Source of the DNA: an uncultured Nitrospiraceae bacterium
GTDB taxonomy: Bacteria > Nitrospirota > UBA9217
Length of the DNA: 64,000 bases
Assembly: GCA_964412455.1 (NCBI GenBank)
Contig: CAYPOT010000004.1
Coordinates: 1,036-65,035 of the forward strand
Direction of reading: 5' to 3'
Both the position numbers and the translations under genes were made by a program. The notes under the pieces were generated by a model. It was not told where the DNA came from, did no database searches, and was given only the letters and a program-made list of their open reading frames with translations. Shown here piece by piece: positions 1 through 8,871 of this stretch (its first letter is position 1; the number at the start of each line of letters is the position of its first letter).

Positions 1-1
1 G

Positions 2-2245
2 ACCATTGCGCTGGCGAAGCGCCAGAAGCTGAACGCCGTGAAGATATCGGACCAGATCCTGGCAAAGCTTGACGAGCTCAAGAAAACCCAGGTCCCTCCG
101 GGCATCGAACTGACCGTGACCCGGAATGACGGGAAGACCGCCAACGACGCAGTGAACGAACTGGTGTTCCACCTCGCGGTCTCGATCATCGTGGTCATCA
201 TCCTGCTCTATTTCGCCCTCGGCTGGCGCGAGGCGGCCATCGTGGCCCTGGCCATCCCGCTTACGCTGTTCATCACGCTGGCCATCGGAATGGTGGCCGG
301 CCAGACGATCAACCGTATCACGCTGTTCGCGCTGATCCTGTCGTTGGGTCTTCTGGTGGACGACGCCATCGTGGTGGTGGAGAACATCCACCGCCACTAC
401 CAGCTGCAGCAGCAATCGCGGCTTCAGGGGGCCATCATGGCCGTGAACGAGATCGGCATGCCGACGATCCTGGCGACCATCACGGTGGTCCTGGCCTTCA
501 TCCCCATGGCCTTTGTGACGGGAATGATGGGGCCGTACATGATGCCCATACCGTTCAATGTGCCCGTGGCGATGATCACGTCGCTCTTTGTAGCGTTCAT
601 CGTGACGCCCTGGGCGAGCTACCGGCTGATGAAGGGCGATGCGCACAACGGACATGCCCAGCCGCTGGAAGAAACGAAGATCTACAAGGCCTACAAGAAG
701 GTGCTCGGCCCGCTTCTCGAGAACCCCGGCAAGCGCAGGATATTCATGGGCATCATCATCGGCGTCTTCCTGGTCACCATGACCTTTCCGGTGCTGCAGT
801 GGGTGAAGTTCCGCATGCTGCCCAAGGCGAACAAGAACACCTTCCTGGTCTCGATCGACATGCCCGCGGGCACGGCGCTCGAGAGCACGGACCGCGTGGC
901 CCGCGCCGTGGGGGACTATCTCCGCCATATCCCCGAGGTCAAGGACTATGAGTCCTTCGTCGGTACGGGCTCGGTGATAGATTTCAACGGACTGCTCCGG
1001 GGCGGCGCGTTCCGCGAGGAGAGCCACTTCGCCGATATCCGGGTGAACCTGACGGATAAGGAAGAGCGTTCGCGTTCCAGCGAGAAGCTGGTGCTGGCGA
1101 TACGGCCGGACCTCGACAAGCTGGCGAACGAACAGGGCGCGAACATCAAGCTCGTGGAGGACCCCCCGGGACCGCCGGTCCGCGCCACGGTGGTGGCGGA
1201 GATCACCGGGCCGGACTACGCGAAGCAGCGGGAGATCGCCCAGGACGTCCGGGCGCTCTTTGCGAAGACCGCCGAGGTCGTGGATATCGACGACAGTGTG
1301 AAGGAGAAACAGGACAAGTACCAGCTGGTCGTGGACAAGGAGAAGGCGGCGCGTGCGGGCATCTCGACGGAACAGATCGTCCAGACGCTGCGCATGTCCG
1401 TGGCGGGCATGGCGGTCTCGACCCTGCACAAGCCCGAGGCGAAGAACCCCATCGCCATCTTCCTGCGGCTCCCCAAGGGTGAGCGCGCGGGGCTGTCGGA
1501 CCTGGACAAGGTGTTCGTGTCCGGACCGCAGGGGAACCAGGTCCCGCTGTCTTCCCTGGTGAAGGTGGTTACGTCGGAGATGGACAAGGCGATCTACCAC
1601 AAGAACCTCGAACCGGTGACCTATGTATACGGCGAGATGGGGGACCGCAGCCAGGTCTACGCCGTGATCGATATGATGAAGCATCTCTGGAAGCATCCGC
1701 TGCCGGAAGGATACAAGATCAAGTGGGACGGCGAGATGAAGCTGACCCTGGACGTATTTCGCGACCTGGGCGCGGCCATGGGTGTGGCGCTCATCGCCAT
1801 CTACCTTCTGCTGGTCGGCAGGTTCCGGTCCTTCACCATTCCGGTGGTCATCATGGCGGCCATCCCGCTTTCGATGATCGGGATCATGCCGGGCTTCGCG
1901 CTCACGGGCGTGTACTTCAGCGCCACGTCGATGATCGGGGTGATCGCCCTGGCGGGCATCGTGGTGCGGAACTCCATCGTGCTGCTGGAGTTCATCCTGG
2001 ACAAGAAGCAGGAGGGCATGGCGCTCAGCCAGGCGCTGATCGAGGCAGGGGCCATCCGGACGCGGCCCATCGTGCTCACGGCAGCGGCGGCGATCCTCGG
2101 ATCCGCCGTGATCGTGACCGACCCGGTCTGGTCGGGCCTGGCCCTGGCGCTCATCTTCGGGATGCTGGCGTCAACGGCCCTGACCCTGGTGGTGATACCG
2201 CTCTTCTATTATATGATCGAGAAGAAGCACTGGGAAACGGTGTGA
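2..2245 (+). CDS. RND efflux transporter permease (AcrB/CzcA family), C-terminal half; 5' end lies outside the window
   Basis: The reading frame is open from nt 2 with no upstream stop. The translation shows typical RND TM7-12 and periplasmic-loop segments (e.g. LILSLGLLVDDAIVVVENIHRH, GIVVRNSIVLLEF). Confidence 0.85.
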   Translation, partial: TIALAKRQKLNAVKISDQILAKLDELKKTQVPPGIELTVTRNDGKTANDAVNELVFHLAVSIIVVIILLYFALGWREAAIVALAIPLTLFITLAIGMVAGQTINRITLFALILSLGLLVDDAIVVVENIHRHYQLQQQSRLQGAIMAVNEIGMPTILATITVVLAFIPMAFVTGMMGPYMMPIPFNVPVAMITSLFVAFIVTPWASYRLMKGDAHNGHAQPLEETKIYKAYKKVLGPLLENPGKRRIFMGIIIGVFLVTMTFPVLQWVKFRMLPKANKNTFLVSIDMPAGTALESTDRVARAVGDYLRHIPEVKDYESFVGTGSVIDFNGLLRGGAFREESHFADIRVNLTDKEERSRSSEKLVLAIRPDLDKLANEQGANIKLVEDPPGPPVRATVVAEITGPDYAKQREIAQDVRALFAKTAEVVDIDDSVKEKQDKYQLVVDKEKAARAGISTEQIVQTLRMSVAGMAVSTLHKPEAKNPIAIFLRLPKGERAGLSDLDKVFVSGPQGNQVPLSSLVKVVTSEMDKAIYHKNLEPVTYVYGEMGDRSQVYAVIDMMKHLWKHPLPEGYKIKWDGEMKLTLDVFRDLGAAMGVALIAIYLLLVGRFRSFTIPVVIMAAIPLSMIGIMPGFALTGVYFSATSMIGVIALAGIVVRNSIVLLEFILDKKQEGMALSQALIEAGAIRTRPIVLTAAAAILGSAVIVTDPVWSGLALALIFGMLASTALTLVVIPLFYYMIEKKHWETV

Positions 2246-2253
2246 TAACAACA

Positions 2254-2340
2254 GAAGGTAGGAAGGTAGGAGGGTAGGAACTCGAAGGTAGGAACGTAGG
2301 ACGGTAGGAGGGTAAGCAACTTCTTTCCTTCTTTCCCTCG
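2254..2340. repeat. Tandem 8-nt repeats (nGGTAGGA x7) followed by CTTCTTTC x2 in the efflux/hydratase spacer
   Basis: Direct reading: gaaggtagga aggtagga gggtagga ... cggtagga gggtaagca, then cttctttccttctttcc. Confidence 0.8.
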
Positions 2341-2370
2341 TCCGACCAGGTCTTTTCAAGGGAGGCAATC

Positions 2371-3111
2371 ATGCCAGACTCATGCGTAAGCGTTTCGTGC
2401 AAACAATGGATCAGCACGGTAACGATCGACAATCCGCCGAACAACTATCTTGACAAGGAGGTCCTGTCGGAGCTGAACAGGACCGTGAGCGAGGTCCATA
2501 CGTCGCAGTCGGAGCTCCGGGTGGTGTTGTTAACGGCAAAAGGGAAGAACTTCTCGGCCGGCATCGATTACGAGCCGTTCCGCAAGATGACCAAGGAGGA
2601 GGCGGGCCACTTTGCCGAGGTGGGATACCGCCTGCTGAAGCACATCGAGGCCCTGCCGGTGCCGGTCATTGCCGTGGTGAAAGGCGAGACGACCGGCGCG
2701 GGGCTCGGTCTAGCCCTTGCCGCGGACATCCGCATCGCGTCCTCGGACGCGGTCTTCTCCTTTCCCGAGGCGCAGCTGGGGCTGCCGCCCATCTTCGGTT
2801 CTTCCCAGCGGCTGTACAAGACCGTGGGCGTTGGGAGGGCGAAGGAGCTTTTGTTCACCGGCAGGACCGTGGACGCCGAGGAAGCGCTCAGGATCGGGCT
2901 CGTGAACATGGTCGTCCCGCCCGACGCGCTTGAGGAAGAGGCGGACCGGCTCGCGGTCAGGATCGCCGGGAACAGCCTGAGCTCGCTCCGGTCCATCAAA
3001 ATGCTGATCAACTATGGTCTGAGCGAGGGATATGACGTCGGCCTCAAGGAAGAGATCACGGCCCTGAGCGAGGCGTTCAATCCCGATACCAAACAGTGGG
3101 AGAGACGGTGA
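2371..3111 (+). CDS. Enoyl-CoA hydratase/isomerase (crotonase family)
   Basis: Crotonase-fold motifs are present (NFSAGIDY, VIAVVKGETTGAGLGLALAADIRIAS, FSFPEAQLGLPP). GGGAGG sits 7 nt upstream of the ATG. Confidence 0.85.
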   Translation: MPDSCVSVSCKQWISTVTIDNPPNNYLDKEVLSELNRTVSEVHTSQSELRVVLLTAKGKNFSAGIDYEPFRKMTKEEAGHFAEVGYRLLKHIEALPVPVIAVVKGETTGAGLGLALAADIRIASSDAVFSFPEAQLGLPPIFGSSQRLYKTVGVGRAKELLFTGRTVDAEEALRIGLVNMVVPPDALEEEADRLAVRIAGNSLSSLRSIKMLINYGLSEGYDVGLKEEITALSEAFNPDTKQWERR

Positions 3112-3112
3112 G

Positions 3113-3210
3113 AATTGCAAAGTGCAAATTGTAAATAGCAAATTGTAAACGGAAAGGCGTCTCCTTTCAATTCTCATATTTCCAATTTGCAATTTGATAT
3201 TTCCAATTCA
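3113..3210. repeat. AT-rich imperfect palindromic element (AAATTGTAAA / CAATTTGATATTTCCAATT motifs); copy 1 of 2
   Basis: It shares a 16-nt identical block (caatttgatatttcca) and the attgtaaa repeats with 51768-51865. Both copies sit immediately upstream of a gene start. Confidence 0.7.
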
Positions 3211-3226
3211 TTTGTCGGAGGTTTAT

Positions 3227-3451
3227 ATGTACATTGCAGACAGTAAGGCGTGGTATCTGGAACGGTTGATCAGATTCATCGCAGGAGTGTTCGTGCTCGG
3301 GAGCGTGCTCCTGGGAATGTTCGTGCATACCGGATTCTATTATTTTACCGGCCTGGTCGGGCTGATGCTGACCATATTTGCCTTGACAGGCTTCTGTCCC
3401 ATGAGTATTATTCTTTACGCTCTCGGTGCGCGGGAGCGGTGCAATTGCTGA
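3227..3451 (+). CDS. DUF2892-type small inner-membrane protein
   Basis: Two-TM small protein (FIAGVFVLGSVLLGM ... GFCPMSIILYALG). GGAGG lies 6 nt upstream of the ATG at 3227, which is in frame with the tracked ORF 3194-3451. Confidence 0.6.
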   Translation: MYIADSKAWYLERLIRFIAGVFVLGSVLLGMFVHTGFYYFTGLVGLMLTIFALTGFCPMSIILYALGARERCNC

Positions 3452-3495
3452 TCAGAAATGAATTTGTCCTGTCAGTGCCCTAAGGAGGTATGACC

Positions 3496-3699
3496 ATGCC
3501 GTTCTATGAATATATGTGTGATGGCTGCGGCAAGGATTTCGTCCTGCTGCAGTCCATGACCGCGAAGGAAGAGGACACCGTCTGCCCCTATTGCAGCGAG
3601 AAAAAATCCAAGAAGCTCATGTCCAAGTTCTCTTCGCTCGGCGGAGAGCATTCGACCTGCAGCATCGGGTCCGGCGGCGGAGGCTGGGGCGGCGGCTGA
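3496..3699 (+). CDS. FmdB-family zinc-ribbon protein
   Basis: MPFYEYMCDGCG...CPYC with a Gly-rich tail is typical of the FmdB family. AAGGAGG precedes the ATG at 3496 by 7 nt; the ATG at 3490 is too close to the SD. Confidence 0.75.
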   Translation: MPFYEYMCDGCGKDFVLLQSMTAKEEDTVCPYCSEKKSKKLMSKFSSLGGEHSTCSIGSGGGGWGGG

Positions 3700-3738
3700 G
3701 GCTCCTGACCGCTCCGCAGTTTGCGGACAACGTATACC

Positions 3739-3778
3739 AAAGCCCGGTGACCGGAAGGTCGCCGGGCTTTATTTTTTC
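3739..3778 (+). terminator. Rho-independent terminator downstream of the FmdB-like gene
   Basis: Stem AAAGCCCGGTGACC / GGTCGCCGGGCTTT with a GGAA loop, followed by ATTTTTT. Confidence 0.75.
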
Positions 3779-3902
3779 TCCCTACTGTGGTACTCTCGCC
3801 TTGAGTTGGAACCCAAGATCCTAAATGAACACAGGATAAGATCAAAATGGGTCTTTCAACGCTGAAAAAGCCATGAAAAAATATGATTGGCGCAGTAAAG
3901 AC

Positions 3903-4037
3903 CAAACGGGCTGTTGCCCAAACCCCGTTCACCCTTCGACAAGCTCAGGGCGAACGGTACGGCCTTTGATATTGAAAATTTTTCCGTTCGTGCTGAGCCA
4001 GTCGAAGCACAAAATAGATTTGGGCAACAGCCCGTTT
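3903..4037. repeat. ~135-bp structured element bounded by a perfect 19-bp inverted repeat (MITE-like or structured ncRNA candidate)
   Basis: AAACGGGCTGTTGCCCAAA at 3903-3921 and its exact reverse complement at 4019-4037. There is an internal hairpin (ccgttcaccc...gggcgaacgg) and a gaaaatttttc palindrome. No credible ORF is present. Confidence 0.6.
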
Positions 4038-4106
4038 ATTCGTGGCATTCGTGTTCCCGTACTGTCTCCGAACCTTCGTGTTCTTCGTGGTCAATAGGTT
4101 CTCTTC

Positions 4107-4520
4107 TTACTCCTCGAACTTCTTCGCCCGCAGCCGCTTCTTTTCGCCGGTCTTCTTCTTGTTCTCAAGGATATTTTGCTTAAGCCGGTACGGGCGGGGG
4201 CGCTTCCGCCGGCGCTCCTTTTCCCGCGCCTGCTTTCGTTCCTGCTTCACCTGGAGGGCCGCCTCCGCGATCTTCTGCGCGAGCAGTCCGAGGGCGGCGA
4301 CACGGTTCATCGCCTGGGAACGCTCTTGCTGACACTTCACCTCGATCCCGGTGGGAAGGTGTTTGAGATATACACAGGTGGAGGTCTTGTTGACGTTCTG
4401 TCCGCCCTTTCCCGCGGAACGGATGAACTTCTCGATGATGTCTTCCTTGCGGAGGCCCAGGTCCCGGATACGGTCCGCCATGCTTTCCGATGATTCTCCC
4501 CGATGTCCTGAGCGCTGCAT
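4107..4520 (-). CDS. arfB: Peptidyl-tRNA hydrolase ArfB (class I release-factor-like, GGQ motif)
   Basis: GGQ motif (SAGKGGQNVNKTSTCV) plus an Arg/Lys-rich C-terminal tail, ~137 aa. An alternative ATG start at 4484 is possible. Confidence 0.8.
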   Translation of the reverse strand: MQRSGHRGESSESMADRIRDLGLRKEDIIEKFIRSAGKGGQNVNKTSTCVYLKHLPTGIEVKCQQERSQAMNRVAALGLLAQKIAEAALQVKQERKQAREKERRRKRPRPYRLKQNILENKKKTGEKKRLRAKKFEE

Positions 4521-4732
4521 GAAGTGATTGTACTCAATTGCTCCGGTCTTTACAAGCGGGAGTGACTCTTTTTCAGCGCCGCGCCGCGACCGCAGGCAGG
4601 GCGTGAAGGCAGAGGCCCTTGTCCCGGCACTTCGGTCACGGCACTTCGGTCATATTGAATATTACGCAAATTTGTGCTATATATAGTCTGCCAATTGTAT
4701 ATGGATAATCTGCCCGTGGCCAAGGAGACCCC

Positions 4733-5344
4733 ATGAACATCGACCTCGATGACCCCAAGGTTCAAGCATATCTCAACCAGCAGATCGATCGGCGCATCAT
4801 CGGCGCGTCGCGGCAGATCTATGACTCGCTGACCAAGCAGATCAAGGCCGTCGACGACAAGGTCAAGCAGGTGGAGAAAAAGACCGCCAAGAACCGCGTC
4901 GCGATCATCGCCTCCAAGGGCACCCTGGACATGGCCTATCCGCCCCTGCTCCTGGCCACGACCGCCCGGAGCATGGGAATCGAGTCCTCTATCTTTTTCA
5001 CGCTCTACGGGGTGGAGATCCTCAAGAAGAACGCCAAGCTAAAGGTCGCGCCCCTTGCGAATCCCGCCATGCCCATGCCGGTGCCGAACATCATCGGCGC
5101 CATGCCCGGCATGACCGCCATGGCCTCGATAATGATGAAGAGCATGTTCAAGAAGCAGTCCGTGCCGCCCATCAAGGAACTCATGGACATGGCCCGGGAA
5201 TCGGGCGTGAAGCTCGTCTGCTGCCAGATGACCGTTGATGTACTCGGGGTTAAGCAGAAAAACCTCATTGACGGCATCGAGTTCGGGGGGCTTGCAACCT
5301 TCATCGAATACGGAATGGAATCTACCATCAATCTCTTCGTATAG
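4733..5344 (+). CDS. DsrE/DsrF-like (peroxiredoxin-fold sulfur-relay-like) family protein with N-terminal extension
   Basis: VAIIASKGTLDMAYPPLLLATTARSMGIE...FFTLYGV pattern; AAGGAGA RBS. The family call is from motif recognition only. Confidence 0.5.
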   Translation: MNIDLDDPKVQAYLNQQIDRRIIGASRQIYDSLTKQIKAVDDKVKQVEKKTAKNRVAIIASKGTLDMAYPPLLLATTARSMGIESSIFFTLYGVEILKKNAKLKVAPLANPAMPMPVPNIIGAMPGMTAMASIMMKSMFKKQSVPPIKELMDMARESGVKLVCCQMTVDVLGVKQKNLIDGIEFGGLATFIEYGMESTINLFV

Positions 5345-5402
5345 TTAGTATTTAGCATTCCGGCGAAGACCGTCGGAAAGAGCAAAGGAGCATTAGCAGA
5401 GA

Positions 5403-5831
5403 ATGGCAACGGGATCCCCAATCCTCACCGAAAAAGGCCGGGAGGCAGTAAAGAACCCCCAGTCCATCCTGACCGCCCGCTGCCGGAGCGTTCTCGTGCA
5501 GATCGATGGAAAACGTTCGCTCGATGAGGTCCGGAACAGCCTTCGCGGCCTCGACGGCCTGGAAGAGGCCATCAAGAAGCTCACGGACGAAGGTTATGTG
5601 AATCTCGCCCGGGACTGCCGGGACATCATCAAGGACGCCGCGGTGAGGATCCTGGGCGCAAAGTCTCCGACCATCGTCCGCAAGGTCGATGAACTGCATG
5701 CGAAATACGGCGACGCATGCTGGTCCCACATCGATGAACTTGACAAGGCGGCCCGCCTCTTTTACGGATCGGTACTCGCCGACAACCTGAAACAGGAGTT
5801 TGTCCGGATCCTGAAAGAGCACGGCAAATAG
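5403..5831 (+). CDS. Conserved hypothetical protein (paralog of 24843-25280)
   Basis: 142 aa, sharing a TxKGxE...LxxRxRxVLxxxDGK...LEEL...G...I block with the 24843-25280 product. No domain recognised. Confidence 0.55.
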   Translation: MATGSPILTEKGREAVKNPQSILTARCRSVLVQIDGKRSLDEVRNSLRGLDGLEEAIKKLTDEGYVNLARDCRDIIKDAAVRILGAKSPTIVRKVDELHAKYGDACWSHIDELDKAARLFYGSVLADNLKQEFVRILKEHGK

Positions 5832-5975
5832 GCATTCGTCCCTGTTCTGCCCGCCCCACCTTCCCGGAACTTCCGCTGTTCCCCGTCTTACCGCGCCCCG
5901 ATAGTACTGGAAAAATACCGGGGAATATGATAAATTTTGGCTACCTATCAATAAAGAGACCGTCAGGAAGGGCAT

Positions 5976-7442
5976 ATGGCACAACTCGACAAACTCATCG
6001 ACAAACTTCAGCTGAACCAGGAGATCCTCCTGGAGTCCGGCAAGACGCCCATGCTGAAGACCGAATCCGGCACGAAGCCGATGCTCAACCAGCAGCTATC
6101 GGCCCAGCAGCTCATCCCGCTCATCCAGGAGATCGCCCCCGCAAGCACCAAGGCCGCCATTGCCCAGCGAAAACAGTCCCGGTTCGAATACACCGTCGGC
6201 GGAAAGACCGTCGTGGTCCTGTACGCTCCCGACGGCGACCAGGTGTCGGCAAAGATCGCAATCCCCGGCTACGAGGAGGACGCCGACGAGCCGGCGGCTG
6301 CGAGCGCGCCAAGGAGCGCGGCTGTCACCGGCGCCTCATCGGGCGCCGAGCCGGGGATCAACGCCCTGCTCCGTAAGATGTTCCAGATGGGGGCGTCCGA
6401 CCTCCACATGACGTCGAACCACCGGCCTCTCATCCGGCTTCACGGCGACATGCAGGAGCTCTCGGACCAGCCGGTCATCACGCCGGAACGCATGAGCGCT
6501 CTCCTGTTAAATATCATGCCGCCGCACAACGCCGCTCAGTACGAGGAGACCCACGACACGGACTTCGCCCATGAGATCGCGGGCCTTGCGCGGTTCCGCG
6601 TGAACACGTTCCTGGACCGATTCGGCATGGGGGCGGTCTTCCGAACGATCCCCATGGAGATCGTGACCGCCGAGAAACTGGGGCTTTCCAAGGAGATCCT
6701 TGACCTCTGCTTCCTCTCCAAGGGGCTCGTCCTGGTTACCGGACCGACCGGTTCCGGCAAATCCACCACCCTCTGCGCCCTGGTGGACTATATCAACCGG
6801 CACCGGAAGGACCATATCATCACCATCGAGGACCCCATCGAGTTCGTGCACCAGAAGAAGAACTGCCTCATCAATCAGCGCGAAGTGCACGTCCACACCA
6901 AGTCGTTCTCCAATGCCCTCCGGGCGGCGCTTCGTGAGGACCCCGACATCGTCCTCGTCGGCGAGATGCGGGACCTCGAGACCATCGCCATCGCCATCGA
7001 GACGGCCGAGACGGGACACCTCGTTTTCGGCACCCTTCACACGACCACCGCCGCTTCCACCGTGGACCGCATCATCGACCAGTTCCCGGCGGACCGGCAG
7101 TCGCAGATCCGGACCATGCTGGCAAGCTCGCTGAAAGGGGTGATCTCCCAGACGCTCTGCAAAAAGATCGCCGGGGGCCGGGTTGCTGCCATGGAATTCC
7201 TTTTCGTGAACAGCGCCGTTTCGAACCTCATCCGCGAAGGAAAGATCTACCAGATCCCCTCGGTCATGCAGACTGCCAAGCAACAGGGCATGACGCTCTT
7301 GAACGAGTCCCTGTTCAAGTACGTCGTCGACAAGGTGGTCGCGCCCGAGGAGGCCTACATCAAGGCCATCGACAAGCAGGGCTTCGTCACCATGCTGAAA
7401 TCAAAGGGCATCACTATCAACATGACGGGATTGGGCGATTAA
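5976..7442 (+). CDS. pilT: PilT/PilU-like type IV pilus retraction ATPase with ~135-aa N-terminal extension
   Basis: Walker A (VTGPTGSGKSTTL), Asp box, Walker B (DIVLVGEMRD) and His box (GHLVFGTLHT) are all present. It is 488 aa versus ~345 aa typical. AGGAAGGG RBS. Confidence 0.85.
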   Translation: MAQLDKLIDKLQLNQEILLESGKTPMLKTESGTKPMLNQQLSAQQLIPLIQEIAPASTKAAIAQRKQSRFEYTVGGKTVVVLYAPDGDQVSAKIAIPGYEEDADEPAAASAPRSAAVTGASSGAEPGINALLRKMFQMGASDLHMTSNHRPLIRLHGDMQELSDQPVITPERMSALLLNIMPPHNAAQYEETHDTDFAHEIAGLARFRVNTFLDRFGMGAVFRTIPMEIVTAEKLGLSKEILDLCFLSKGLVLVTGPTGSGKSTTLCALVDYINRHRKDHIITIEDPIEFVHQKKNCLINQREVHVHTKSFSNALRAALREDPDIVLVGEMRDLETIAIAIETAETGHLVFGTLHTTTAASTVDRIIDQFPADRQSQIRTMLASSLKGVISQTLCKKIAGGRVAAMEFLFVNSAVSNLIREGKIYQIPSVMQTAKQQGMTLLNESLFKYVVDKVVAPEEAYIKAIDKQGFVTMLKSKGITINMTGLGD

Positions 7443-7455
7443 GGAGGGAGCAGGC

Positions 7456-7920
7456 ATGGCCGACCACAGCGAGTTCACCGTACCCAAAGAAAAGCAGCTG
7501 GTCACTGTGCACCTCCTCGGCGGCGACACGATCGAGGGCAATATCTTCCTGGACTACAACCCCGACGCGCGGACGCTCCACCAGAAGATGGCCGCTTTCC
7601 TCGAGAACCAGAACGACTTCTTTCCCCTCTCCCGCGGCGGCACGCCGGAGTTCATCAGCAAGAGCACCATCCGGATGGTCGAGGTCCCTTATCCCGAGGA
7701 CGAGGAAACCTTCGGCATCATGCACGTCGAGCTCGTCACCGTGATCTTCCGCGACGGGACTCAGGTGAGCGGCGATCTCCTCGCCGACGTTCCCGAGCAG
7801 CGGAAGCGCCTGTCGGATTGCCTGAACCTCACCGGCCGGTTCCTGTGTACGCGAGCCTACGGCAAGGTTTGCTACATCAGCAAACAGGCCATCCTGAAGG
7901 TGACAACCGCGGGGAAATAA
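7456..7920 (+). CDS. Hypothetical protein co-transcribed with the pilT-like gene
   Basis: It starts 14 nt after the pilT stop with AAGGAGGG as RBS. No recognisable domain. Confidence 0.5.
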   Translation: MADHSEFTVPKEKQLVTVHLLGGDTIEGNIFLDYNPDARTLHQKMAAFLENQNDFFPLSRGGTPEFISKSTIRMVEVPYPEDEETFGIMHVELVTVIFRDGTQVSGDLLADVPEQRKRLSDCLNLTGRFLCTRAYGKVCYISKQAILKVTTAGK

Positions 7921-7952
7921 CACTTCGCTTCTGCGTGGGCGTGAGGAATAGC

Positions 7953-7990
7953 AAAAAGGGCTTGCCGCGATGGCAAGCCCTTTTTTGTCC
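7953..7990 (+). terminator. Rho-independent terminator
   Basis: AAGGGCTTGCC gcga tGGCAAGCCCTT followed by TTTTTTG. Confidence 0.75.
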
Positions 7991-8226
7991 CGTCGATACG
8001 CGGCACAACCGTCACGACCCTCATTCATATAACGGCGCCAAGCATACAGACGGGGGGCTTTTGAAAGCGGTAACGAGGGACATTTTCATTTTGGTTTGTC
8101 CTGTAGCCGTGCCCTTCTGGACACAACAGGCCGGTTAGGCTATACTGAAATCGTCATCCCGCGCCAACCGGTTGAATCCGGGAGCAAGCGCATATCCCGT
8201 AGTTTTCCGCAGGGAGCTTCAACGCT

Positions 8227-8823
8227 ATGCCTATCATGGATCTGCTAAACGCTGTTTTGTTGAGCCTTATTCCCATCATGGTCGCGATCGATGCGCCGGG
8301 GACCCTCCCGATCTTCATGGCCATGACCGAAGGGATGAAAAAACATGAACGACGGACCATCGTGCGTCAGTCCATCCTGACGGCTTTCCTGATCACCATC
8401 GGCTTCGTTTTCCTGGGCCGCGCGGTCTTTAGCGCGCTGGGCATCCTGGTGGAAGACTTTATGATCGCCGGCGGGACCGTCCTGCTCATCATCGCCGTTC
8501 TGGACATCGTGCGGGCTGGCGAAAGGAAAATGGCCATCTCCCCGACCTTCGGCGTCGTGCCCTTCGGAACGCCGCTCATCGCCGGCCCCGCGACCCTCAC
8601 AACGACTCTGGTGCTGGTGGGAAACTTCGGTTACCTGCCGGTCATCCTCTCGCTCAGCGTGAACATCCTGCTCGCCTGGCTCATCTTCGCCCAGGCAGAC
8701 CGCATCATACGATTGATCGGCGTCGGCGGCTCGCGCGCCTTTGCCAAGGTCGCGGCGCTGCTCCTTGCGGCAATTGCCGTCAAAATGATCCGGAGCGGGA
8801 TGTTCAAGCTTATCGAAGGATAG
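8227..8823 (+). CDS. marC: MarC-family (UPF0056) integral membrane protein
   Basis: The N-terminal LSLIPIMVAIDAPGTLPIFMAMT signature and a ~200-aa multi-TM profile. Confidence 0.75.
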   Translation: MPIMDLLNAVLLSLIPIMVAIDAPGTLPIFMAMTEGMKKHERRTIVRQSILTAFLITIGFVFLGRAVFSALGILVEDFMIAGGTVLLIIAVLDIVRAGERKMAISPTFGVVPFGTPLIAGPATLTTTLVLVGNFGYLPVILSLSVNILLAWLIFAQADRIIRLIGVGGSRAFAKVAALLLAAIAVKMIRSGMFKLIEG

Positions 8824-8871
8824 AAGACGAGAGGATCGGGACGGCAGAGAACGGCAGATAAGGAACGGATC

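Noticed and set aside
2243-2340. CRISPR array hypothesis for the many short tandem repeats
   Set aside because: Period is 7-8 nt with no unique spacers and no cas genes nearby. These are simple tandem or inverted word repeats.
3873-4183. ORFs 3873-4097, 3914-4183 and 4042-4332 (+) in the FmdB/arfB intergenic region
   Set aside because: They overlap the inverted-repeat element and the arfB antisense strand, and show no SD or coding-like composition.
7456-7920. PilZ (c-di-GMP binding) assignment for the ORF after pilT
   Set aside because: Only a partial ...LSRGG... resemblance to the DxSxxG motif and no RxxxR. This is insufficient to call.
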